Assembly: GCF_016432865.1 (NCBI RefSeq) | Contig: NC_067401.1 | Coordinates: 448,198,001 to 448,262,000 of the forward strand | DNA from: Antechinus flavipes | Lineage: Eukaryota | Direction: 5' to 3' | DNA length: 64,000 bases | Shown here: piece after piece, positions 26,170-36,330 of the stretch | Numbering within the stretch: the first letter of the stretch is position 1 | Layout: the number at the start of each line of letters is the position of its first letter | The notes under the pieces: model-generated | What the model was told of the DNA's origin: nothing | Seen by the model: only the letters and a program-made list of their open reading frames with translations | The model's database searches: none | Position numbers and translations under genes: made by a program

Positions 26170-26580
26170 ATTTGCTTTGAGACAGCTAGATGGTACCACA
26201 GTGTGTAAAGCCTGAATAATATCTGAGTTCAAATACAGGATCAGATACTTATTGGCTATGGAACTATGAACAAAATAAATCACCTAACTTCTATTTGCCA
26301 TAGTTCCTTCAACTACAAAAAGGGGATAGTAGTAGTACCTATCTCATAAAGTTAGTATGAGCTTAAAATGAGGTATTTGTTTTTATTTTTTGCTGAAGCA
26401 ATTAGGATTAAGTGACTTTCCCAGTCACTAGCTAGGAAGTGTTAAATGTCTGAGGCCAGATCTGAATTCAGATCTTCCTGACTTCAGGGCTGGTGCTCTA
26501 TCTACTGTACCACCTAGCTGACCCAAATGAGGTATTTGTGAAGTCCTTACCAAGGCATGTAGTAGGTGCTATATAAATAT
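26170..26580 (+). mobile_element. MIR SINE hosting a WSINE1-like insertion
   Basis: ACAGCTAGATGG head...GTAGTAGGTGCTATATAAAT end. Confidence 0.8.
26381..26524 (-). mobile_element. WSINE1-like short SINE
   Basis: Exact 15-bp TSD AAATGAGGTATTTGT (26366-26380 / 26525-26539); AGGAAGTGTTAAATGTCTGAGG signature. Confidence 0.85.
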
Positions 26581-26779
26581 ATCTCTGTCCCTGCTCGATA
26601 TGAATAATTTGAAGGTCATCAAGCAAAGTTATCTTTATAGCTATTTCTTTCAAAGACTGTCATGTCATATATACCATAAATTCCTTCTTGTATAATATCT
26701 GTTAAGATAGCATTTTGCTCTTCAAATCAAAGACTTTTTTGTAGTCACTGAAGAATAAGGACAAAGATTGACACACTTT

Positions 26780-27000
26780 AGAAAGTATTAGCCTCAGAGG
26801 CAGGAAGACTTGAGTTCAAATCTAGTTTCAGACACATTAGTTGTGTGACTTTGAGCAATTCACTCAACATTTACTTCAGCTCCCTTAGCTGCAAAATGGG
26901 ATAGTATCTATTTCTGGAGGTTGTCGTGAGGATGAAATAAAATCTTTGTAAAGTATCTAGTGAATAAAAGATACAAATACATGCTTGTTTCCTTGCTTTC
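26780..27000 (+). mobile_element. MIR SINE
   Basis: GGAAGACTTGAGTTCAAATCTAG...GTTGTCGTGAGGATGAAAT. Confidence 0.8.
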
Positions 27001-27599
27001 ATTCTTCTAAACCTTTCAATTCAATCGAATTCAATAAATATTTATCCATCAACTGTGTGATAGTAAAGATGTGGTCTAGTTCAGAATGCCATTTGGGAAA
27101 GATTATGCATTCTCTTCTTCCCCTTCCATCAAGGATCTCCTCAGTATATCTGTAGATAGTATTCATAATAATTTTGTAGAGATGGGAAAGTAGGATTGTG
27201 TTTTTCTAGTTATTGATATTCTTTGAATGTCTTTGCTTTGGTAATAAGGTACTTTGTAGGGGGTTTTCTCAGGCATTTGATAGCTTTCTCTATTTTTAAA
27301 TAATTTAAGAATTAATCCCCCACCTCCTCAACTTATGTTATTTCCNNNNNNNNNNNNNNNNNNNNNNNNNNNNNNNNNNNNNNNNNNNNNNNNNNNNNNN
27401 NNNNNNNNNNNNNNNNNNNNNNNNNNNNNNNNNNNNNNNNNNNNNNNNNNNNNNNNNNNNNNNNNNNNNNNNNNNNNNNNNNNNNNNNNNNNNNNNNNNC
27501 TGTTTATCTATTTTTCATCGGGAGGGAAGGAAACAAGCATTTATATAGCAACTACTCCATGCAAGGCAATGTGCTAAGTGCACATTTATAATTCTTTTC

Positions 27600-28760
27600 A
27601 TTTCAAGTCATTTCTTTTCCATGCACTGTCCAATACCATCCTCAGCACAGATGCTAAATTGATATTCTTAAAGTATAGGTCTTATTTGCACTGAGATGTA
27701 GAGAAAGCAAGAGATACAAAGAATCTAAAGAACGACCATGCTATTCATCTGTTTAAGAAGCTTATGTGGTTCTTCATGGCCCCTGGGATAAAATGCAAAT
27801 TCTTCTGTTTGGTATTTAAAACTCTTAACCATCCAGGTTATGAAAAGTATGCTAGTAAGTATTTAACAACTGACTCTCTTAATAAAATGTAGATATGACA
27901 CACTTTTTTTTTTTAAGATATCAGGGTTAAATGACTTGCACTAATCAGTGTCTGAGATGATGTTTGAATTCAGATCTTCCTAAATCCAGGGCTTTATCTA
28001 CTGTGCCATCTAGCTGCCTTTGAATGATACATTTTTGAGTTTAATTTTCATTGTCTCCTTCATTTTCTAAAGCCTACTCCGGACAAGCAACAAAACAATA
28101 GATCAAACCCTGATTTCATAGCATTTGCTGGTTTCCAAAGTATAAAATGTTCACAGAGAAATATTAACTATCAACTAACTCTTCATAAGTTACTTTGAAT
28201 CACCTTTAGTACACTGAAAATTTATCAGCTTTTCATGAGCTAGTTTGTTACCTTTAGTTACTCTGATGCAGATCAGCAAAGGGGTACAAAGAACCCAGAA
28301 TCTCATGATGGGGACCCGGGGAGATAAGGACCCTTGGCTGACTTCTCTCACCATGAGCTGGTGTATCCAAGCAGAGGAGAGAAATGAAACTATAAAGCAG
28401 AAAAGAGGAAAATTCAAATGAATACCAAAGTCTCCATGTGATCATTCAATGCATTTAGTGCACTGAAAATTTAACAATCAGCTTTTCATGAGTTGGTTTG
28501 AACTAATTTTAGTATACCCCTAAGCCTTTCCTTCAAAGATAATCACATTACTACCTGTCATATATTCTCTACAGCCAAACTGATCTGTTAGTTTTTCCCA
28601 ATATATGGCACTCCTCACAATGCCTGTGACACTCTTTCTTTACCTTCCTATTTTAAAACCTCAGCTCCTTCCAAGGTTTAGAGCTCCTGCCACATACTAA
28701 ATGACCTTTTCTGTTTGTCCCACGTGTTAGGCACTAGAGTTCTTTCATTTAGGATCATCC
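27600..28760 (+). mobile_element. L2 fragment (27600-27835 continuing at 28520-28760), split by a composite MER63-like insertion
   Basis: L2 consensus order continues across the interruption. Confidence 0.6.
27843..28520. mobile_element. MER63-like hAT element with a nested SINE (~27901-28020), duplicated subterminal segments and a ~180-bp insert
   Basis: GTATGCTAGTAAGTATTTAACAAC start; CAACAAAACAATAGATCAAACCCTGATTT body; CACTGAAAATTTAACAATCAGC...TAGTATACCC end. Confidence 0.7.
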
Positions 28761-28987
28761 TTATACATATAGAGAAGACTTTAAAGATTATATAATTCAA
28801 GTCCTTCATTTAACAGAAAAGTAAACTGAGATCTAGAGAAGGTACATGACATATCAAATGTCTCTTAAGTATTAAGTATCAGAGGTGAGCTTTGAATCAG
28901 GTGTCATTCAGTATTTTCTTATCTATATAGCCATTATTTTCTTCCAATTGAATGTAAACTTGGGAACAGGGGCTAATTCCTCAGAGA

Positions 28988-28989
<2 letters not shown>

Positions 28990-29037
<48 letters not shown>
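28990..29037 (+). repeat. (GT)n microsatellite
   Basis: Direct reading. Confidence 0.98.
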
Positions 29038-29045
<8 letters not shown>

Positions 29046-29549
29046 GTCAACTGCAGTGTCTGGCTTATATTGTACTTTTAATAAACATGTTTGATGGAAA
29101 TGTAATAAAAATAGGGAAAATAACACTCCCATATGTGAAATAGGTCTTTAAGGAAAGAGAGAAGATAGACTGGAGATGGGAAAAAATAGAAACTGCTCTA
29201 GCCTCCCTACTAAAGACCTCTACGATGTCACTATGCTGGACATTAAAATGACCTATAAATGGAATCATATTAAAATAAACTACCTGATCCAGTAAGCACG
29301 CCTCTAAATCACCCAGAAGAGGACTCTTTGAAGGATATCATCGAGTGACAAGTGCAAATGAGGAAAAGCCAGGGTATGAGAAAATAATGTTTAAAAGGTT
29401 AACAGAGTGTGAGTTTTGATTCAAAATGCATTCTGCCCCAACTCCCTCAGGACAATGATGAGGATTTTCAAAAGCAAGGGCCATTAAAAGCGATGCCTTG
29501 TAGTTCCAAAGCATCTCTCACCTGGGCTAGGGAGGAGCAAGAGAAAAGA

Positions 29550-29950
29550 GGAAGCGTTTGTTAAAGATTTGCTATGTGCCAGGCACTCTGAGCATGCATT
29601 CGTATATATCTACATGCAAATGCATGTATAATATATGCATGTATGCACTGTGCTGTATACACATATGTATCTTGCATAATACACATACGTGCATATATTT
29701 GCATATATATACATCCATATATGCCTGCATATGCACATACATATATGTGAGCTTACCTATATGTGTATTTGAGCCTCACAATGATCCTGGAAGGTAGGTA
29801 TTATTGTTATCCCTGTTCTACATTTGAGGAAACTGAGGCAGATACTAGTTAAGTAACTTGTGCAGGATCACAAGGAAGTCTTGGAGGTTGGATGTGAACT
29901 CAAGTTTTCCTGACTTTGTGGTGCCATGTAAATGCTTGAGGAGTCCAATG
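29550..29950 (-). mobile_element. MIR SINE with an internal (TA/TG/CA) low-complexity expansion
   Basis: CTATGTGCCAGGCACT...CCTCACAATGATCCTGGAAGGTAGG...GAGGAAACTGAGGCAG. Confidence 0.8.
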
Positions 29951-29968
29951 CACGTTGGAAGCATTCTC

Positions 29969-30052
29969 GGGGGGGGGGGGAAGGGAAGGGAGGGAGAAAG
30001 GGAGGGGGGAGAAAGGGAGGGAAGGAAGAGAGGGAAGGGGGGAAGGGGGGAG
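29969..30052 (+). repeat. 84-nt pure purine, G-rich tract
   Basis: G12 followed by GGGA/GGAA units. Confidence 0.95.
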
Positions 30053-30160
30053 TGGTAACACTGTGTATTATCCCCACATGATAATCTGCTGCAGAGCGGC
30101 AAGGGGGGTACAAAGAACCCGGAACCTCATGATTGGTGCCATAGGGGAGACTTCTCTCAC

Positions 30161-30175
30161 CATGAGCTGGTGTAT
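30161..30175 (-). other. Candidate 15-nt microexon ATACACCAGCTCATG
   Basis: Long pyrimidine tract with TGC motifs ...ctctgcttgaatag|exon|gtgagag. Confidence 0.25.
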
Positions 30176-30459
30176 CTATTCAAGCAGAGAAGAGAAAAGA
30201 AAATATAAAGCAGAAAAGAGAAAAATTCAAGTGAAAACCAAATCTCCATGTGATCACCCAAAGGCTCCATGTCTTTCAGATGCTTCCTTCCCTCTCCTTT
30301 CGTGCTGCTGCTGTCACTGTCCTGGGACAGGCCCTCATCCTCTCACATTGGGTCACTCCAGTGGTCTCTTCAGCAACTCCTGAACTTCATCATTTCTCTC
30401 CTTCAAATTCATCCTACAAACCAAGGGTCGCGAGAGAGCATTCTCAAAACATCAGATCA

Positions 30460-32300
30460 AGGGAACAAGCATTTATTAATCTCATATCAGCTCCCAGGGA
30501 GACAAAGAAAAGCAAAAAGTCCCCTGCCTTAAGGAGTTCACATTCTAATGGCAGAAACAATAGCAAATCACTGGGTGTCTACATTAGCTATGCAGAATAA
30601 ATAGACAGCAATCTGAGGAAAGTCTTAGTAGCTAAGAGACAGAACCAGAAAAGAGCTCCTGCAAATGGTAGGATTTGAACTGACATAAGAGATGGAGCAT
30701 CATGTATGAGGAAAAGCAAAAGGGGAAAGAAAGGGGAGTAACTAAATTACATAATGCATGGGGAGTAGGATTAAAGTATTAGGGATCTCTAAAGACAGCT
30801 AGGTAGTGGAGTGGACAAACCTTTCATCTTCTTGAGTTTAAGTCTGGCTTCAGACACTTATTAGTTATGTGACCCTGGACAAGTCATTTGAACCTGTTTG
30901 TTTCAGTTTCCTCATCTGTAAAATGTGCTGAAGAATGAAATGGGTATCTCTTGCAAGAAAAGCCCAAATGGGATCACGAGGGTCAGACCTGACTGGAATG
31001 ACTGAAAAAAAAACAGGTTTTGAAGACTTTTAGATAACAGAGAATTATATATTTGATCATGGAATGGGGGTGGTGGGAGTGTGAGGTGACATGGGTAGAT
31101 CTATGCTTAAAAAAAAAAATCACTTTAGCAGCTGAGTAGATGATGGATCAGATTAGGGAGAGACATGAAGCAGGAAATTTAATTAACCATTTATTGTAAT
31201 AGTCCAGGGGAAAAAGTAAACGAGAACCTGAGTTGAAAGAAAGAGTTTTACACTAGAGATGTTGTCAAATTAATGATGACAAGATCTGTGAATGGATTGG
31301 ATATATAGGATAGGTGCCAGTGAGAATTGAGGATGACACTGAGATTGTGGGTCTAGTTAATTGGTTAACTGGTGGGGGAGATGGGGCATAAGGAGAAGGA
31401 AGCTCAAGATTGTGGCACAAGTTACTGAGCTTGGTGGGGTTAAAGAACCTGAGAAGAAGCCTGAGAAAGAGCTAGAAGAAAAGTTGTAGGGGAAGAAAAG
31501 TCATAGGGGAAATGGTTCACAAAAACCCAGACAGGAGAGACAATTTAGAAAGAACCGGTGATCAACAGTATCAAGGTTTCCAAGTGATCAAAAAGGAAGC
31601 AGTTTGGAAAAAAGACCATTAGATTTGGCAATTAAAAGACCACTGGTAACCTTGGACATTTCATTTTAATTCAGTCTACTACATTTCTAAGGGTCCATAT
31701 CATCACAGCCTAATTGGCTCCTTTAGTCCCATTTAGTAGCAGGGGATCATAAGTAAAAATTGGGACATGGGAGGAATGAGTCATTGCTGCAGTTTGGCAA
31801 GATGTGTTCAGCAGTAAGAAAAGGTTAATTAGCATGGATTAGAGCAGAGTTGGGTCACTTTCCTAAATTGTTGAGATAGTGAGGGGAGATCTATGTAGGC
31901 AATGAAAGGATGATAGTTGAGAAGAAATTGAGTGGTGGAAGAAATGGAGGTGATGGTGAGAACAGAAGAGAGGACTAGGGGTTGTGAAACATAGGGAACT
32001 ATCTAATAATAAAAGATTATTATAAGATAAAGTAATTTCAGTGGCCTTGAATGTTGAAGTAACATTTGTAGGTGATGATAAGATCAAGGGCATGGCCATC
32101 TTTGCAAATTGCCAAGATGGACAAGACAACTAAATCATGGGAATTCAGCAGATTAAAAAACAGGGTGTTTTTCACTATGTATGTTGAACCCCCTCTCAGG
32201 GAAGAGAATTAATAAAGTACTGAACTTATTGAAGAAGGAAGGAAAAACCAATATGGAGGACACAGATTTGGACTGGGATTCACACTCTAATAACATCCTC
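30460..32300 (-). mobile_element. Long degraded L2, interrupted by a MAR1 SINE
   Basis: L2 tail AACAAGCATTTATTAA...CCCTGCCTTAAGGAGTTCACATTCTAAT; purine-rich ORF2 remnant; endonuclease-like remnant near 32050. Confidence 0.7.
30800..31015 (+). mobile_element. MAR1-type SINE
   Basis: GACAGCTAGG head, CORE, AAGAAAAGCCCAAATGGGATCAC tail. Confidence 0.85.
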
Positions 32301-32329
32301 TATTGCTTTACAAGTACAAGTTGTCACCT

Positions 32330-32550
32330 GAGAAGCAGTGTAGTCCATTGAAAAATATACTTTAATTTGAAGACAAAGGACCTGGCCTCAAATCCTACTT
32401 CTGCTGCTGACATATGACTAGGTAATATTGGTTAAGTCATTTAATTTTTCTGGGTCTTATTTTCCTCATCTGTAAAATGAAGGAATGAGATTGACCGGAG
32501 CTAAGGTCTCATCCAGTTCTAAGTCTATAACCCAGGGATTTATGATCCCA
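32330..32550 (+). mobile_element. MIR/MIR3 SINE
   Basis: TTTCCTCATCTGTAAAATGAAGG...CTCATCCAGTTCTAAGTCTAT. Confidence 0.75.
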
Positions 32551-33328
32551 CGATCTAATACTTTTGAAGACTTTTCAGGTATTGGGTCATCCTATTCTAC
32601 TTTACATAGTAGAAAGGCATTTTTCATCACCACTCAATTGAGTGCCTAATTGTGTCAAAGATATTAATTTTTCTTCCACATATAGATAGCAGATTTTTTT
32701 GAAGTTGAGGACCATCTCCCTGTGGTTCATCACCTTCATCAACATGGAGCTAGACACATAGCAAGTACTCAACAGAAACTCATAAAATGATTGATTGAAA
32801 CATTAAATAACTTTGGTTTGTCCTAGAAAAGAAATGGCACATATAAAGATACTTCAAAGAATCATAGAATCAGGGAGCTGGAATTAGGAAGAACACACCA
32901 GCTCTGTCATATTACAAAAAAGAAACCCAAGGCTTCAGTGGTTATGTCTTGCCCATTCATCCTATAGATAGTAAATGTCAGAGGCAAAATTTGAATACAC
33001 ATTTTCTGATTCCAAATTCAAAGTTCTATCCACCTTCATATTGTCTCAACACAGGGACATATGTGGGTATGGACGTGTATAATCTCTTCAAAATTGTCAT
33101 ATTTCAATATATTCATGATTTCATCTATGTAAGCACTGTCTCAAGGGATATACATTTCCTCATTGTGTGAAATTTTTGTTTGTATCCTTTTGTAAATCAT
33201 TTATCAAATATCTACCCAAAATTTTAGAGGGCTTTATGAATCCTAATATAATACCCAGGGATCTTGTTCCATTTCTGGTCATAATGCATTCAACAATGTC
33301 TTTTACACATATGTACAAGCACCCCCCC

Positions 33329-33477
33329 ACACACACACACACACACAGAGACACACATGCATGCATTTATGGAAAAGAGAGAAAGAGAGAGCGAGAGAGA
33401 GAGAAAGAGAAGACAGAGACACAGAGAGAGAGACATCTAGAGACAGACACACACATACACACACACACACACACACA

Positions 33478-33524
<47 letters not shown>
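33329..33524 (+). repeat. Compound (CA)n/(GA)n microsatellite
   Basis: Alternating CA and GA tracts. Confidence 0.97.
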
Positions 33525-33528
<4 letters not shown>

Positions 33529-34239
33529 CTTGAGTATGCATAAACAGGGTTTGTCCTCCCTTTCTTCAATTCCATCCCTGCAACTTAGCACCTTAAATTT
33601 GTTTGTCTTGTTTTGTTTTGCTTTGTTTTTGTTTGTTTATTTTCCTGTTTTTCCATTTAAGGCCATTGCTATTTGGAGCACCTTTCCTAGACATGGCAAG
33701 TTTGGTTTTCAAGACGGAAAATGACAACTCCATTTCCCAACATACTGAGATGTTTAGAATACCAAACAGCTTAAGACCTCCTTGCTGCACTAGTATGGCC
33801 TTCTCAAATAAGCAAGCATTTCATTAAGGCAGACAAAGGAACTTCCAATTTAACAGCTCCCTATGAATCTTTCATACCTTCTTCGCATAAACAGAAAGCT
33901 CTACTGTTCATTTTATAATAGCAATGTCTAAGAAAAGCAACATGAAACAAGCAGATCCTAAATATTACCGAATGAAAAGTTGAGATCATTTTCCCATGAT
34001 AGGGAATGTGGCATTCAAAGCTTCTGTCTTGTTAACATGAGGAGTCAATATTCCCTGCCCTAGATGTCATCAACCAGTAGATTCAAATTTCTCTTACATA
34101 TATGTCTGCAGAACTAATTACAAGAAATTACTACTTTTGTGGCTTAATTTTAACAATCTTAAGAGAGAATCATAAGATTAGATTAAAGCTGTTCTCCAAC
34201 TTTGTTTATGATTTATCAAATCATAAAAATTATAATAAA

Positions 34240-34400
34240 CTTTAAAGGATGTTAGAGGTCATCTAGTCCCACTTCTCATTTTATAAATGAGGAAACTGAG
34301 ACCTATCACAAAGGATATGACTTGCCCTATATGACATAGATGGTAATTGACTGAGTTGACATTTAAAATCATATGTGATCCCAAATTCAAGTGTTTTTTC
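34240..34400 (-). mobile_element. MIR3-type SINE
   Basis: TTAGAGGTCATCTAGTCC...ATAAATGAGGAAACTGAGACC. Confidence 0.75.
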
Positions 34401-34499
34401 TAATCCTGGCTCCCTTAATAAATTCTCCTATTTTACAATTAAAGAAACTGGAGTCCAGATAAGATGGGCACTTTGCCTATGGTCATCCAAGGAAAAAAT

Positions 34500-35510
34500 A
34501 GCAAACTAGGACTGGTTAAGTGGAAAGCCATCTGCAGCTTAATGTATGCTTTCTCACCAATATTTTATATGGAACATCCATTTGGTAGCTTGAAGAATGT
34601 TCTGGGTTTGATCAAATCCAGGTGGCTCACTTGTTTAGATTTCTTTTGCCTACCTCTATGTATGCTTGGGAAGACCACAGTCCTTGCTTCTGCAATCACT
34701 CTTAGGACAAAGAGTGAGAGGAGGAAAAAAAAAGTCTTGTTGAATAAATTGCGAGAGATGCAGACACCTGGTCGGCTCCTATAGTCATGACTGAAATCCA
34801 CTATGGCACAAGGAGATAACTGACATTTTCTCTGAGCATGTATCTATGTCCAATGATAATTAATGTAGGGATGGGGGGGAACCAGTTATTTTCTTAATGC
34901 AGCAAGGCACCTCTTTCANNNNNNNNNNNNNNNNNNNNNNNNNNNNNNNNNNNNNNNNNNNNNNNNNNNNNNNNNNNNNNNNNNNNNNNNNNNNNNNNNN
35001 NNNNNNNNNNNNNNNNNNNNNNNNNNNNNNNNNNNNNNNNNNNNNNNNNNNNNNNNNNNNNNNNNNNNNNNNNNNNNNNNNNAGCCTTGTGGTGTCGTAA
35101 ACAATGTCACCTCTCAGATGGGCACCACCTGTAATAGGTTCAGAAATGTCAACTGTAATTAAACATTTTATTTTCAAGTATAATTCATAGGTCATGTACA
35201 TGAAGGACTGCTTTCCACCATGAAAAATTTTAAAGTACTGGGCTGTGCAAACAAGAAACAGGCCTTCGTTTTAAAATAATTATTATAGCATTTAAAAAGG
35301 CACATACAAAGCACCTGTGAACTAATTATTACTGCTTTAAGGCATATGCTGAGGGACTTCTATTTTGTAAACTTTTGAATCGTTAATTTGGTCATATATG
35401 ACTCTCACAATAATATGGTCTCATCTACATCTTATCATTAATTGTTATCTCTGCTCTAATGAGAAATCGTTGAACAAAATGGTGAAAGGCCATAATCTTG
35501 GATCACACAG
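34500..35510. promoter_or_regulatory. Candidate conserved non-coding block spanning a gap
   Basis: Unique sequence, TAAT-rich, retained CpGs. Confidence 0.25.
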
Positions 35511-35799
35511 ATAATACCATTTTGCTACTAATAGGATCAGAGATCCAAAGCAGGAAGTGACCTCAGAGACTATCTGATGCAACACCTTTGTTTCTGATAG
35601 ATGAGGAAACTGATACTCAGAGTGTTCAAAATTACCTGCTCTCTGATCCAGGTCATTGATAGAAAGAAAGGCTTTAGATATATTTATAACAGTTTTATTT
35701 TGTTTTTGTTTTTGCTTTGTTTTGTTTTAGTGTTTTGGGGTTTTTTTTTTTGTTTGTTTGTTTGTTTGTTTTTTTTGGTGTCAGAAAAGACATTAGAGC

Positions 35800-36330
35800 C
35801 AAGTAGAAATCCATTGATTGGGGAAGGAAAAGTCGTGGTTAAAACTGAAATGAAAAATTCCTCTGCCATAAGGAATGAGGACTAGATAAATGTGAAGAAG
35901 CATGAAAAAAAATACATGAATTGATGCAAAGTGAAGTGAAGAGAGCCAAGAAAACAGCATACTAATGACTGCAACAATGAAAGTCAAAAGAACAACCACA
36001 AAACAATCAAAACTGAAAACTGATAAATTTTAAAGAATAAGCTTGGCTAAAAAAATAATAATAATAATAAGGAACACATTTCTCCCCACTTTTTTTTTCC
36101 CCAGAGACTGATATCCACACATGTGGAACATTATAAATCAGGTCAATTTTATTTGATGTTTTAGTAAGTTTTGTTGATTTTTTTTTCCCTCATTCTTTTT
36201 TTTTTCCTTTGAAAAAAATTCCTTATCATAAGACATGGCTTTCTTGGAGGTAAAGGAGAAGGGATACAAGGAGAAATCTAGACAATGTAAAAAAATTTTT
36301 TTAAAAAATCAATAAATTTATTTTGGTTTA
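35800..36330 (+). mobile_element. Old L1 3' end remnant
   Basis: ATGAATTGATGCAAAGTGAAGTGAAGAGAGCCAAGAAAACA resembles L1 ORF2 end/3' UTR. Confidence 0.65.

Larger units (their letters stand above)
28263..30256 (+). repeat. Diverged ~180-bp direct repeat pair (28263-28444 and 30086-30256)
   Basis: Identical blocks GGGGTACAAAGAACCC, GACTTCTCTCACCATGAGCTGGTGTATC (28 bp), TATAAAGCAGAAAAGAG and TCTCCATGTGATCA. Confidence 0.95.

Noticed and set aside
33167-33724. 185-aa ORF, the longest gap-free ORF in the window
   Set aside because: It is open only because it crosses the CA/GA microsatellite (HTHT, ERER); not protein-like.
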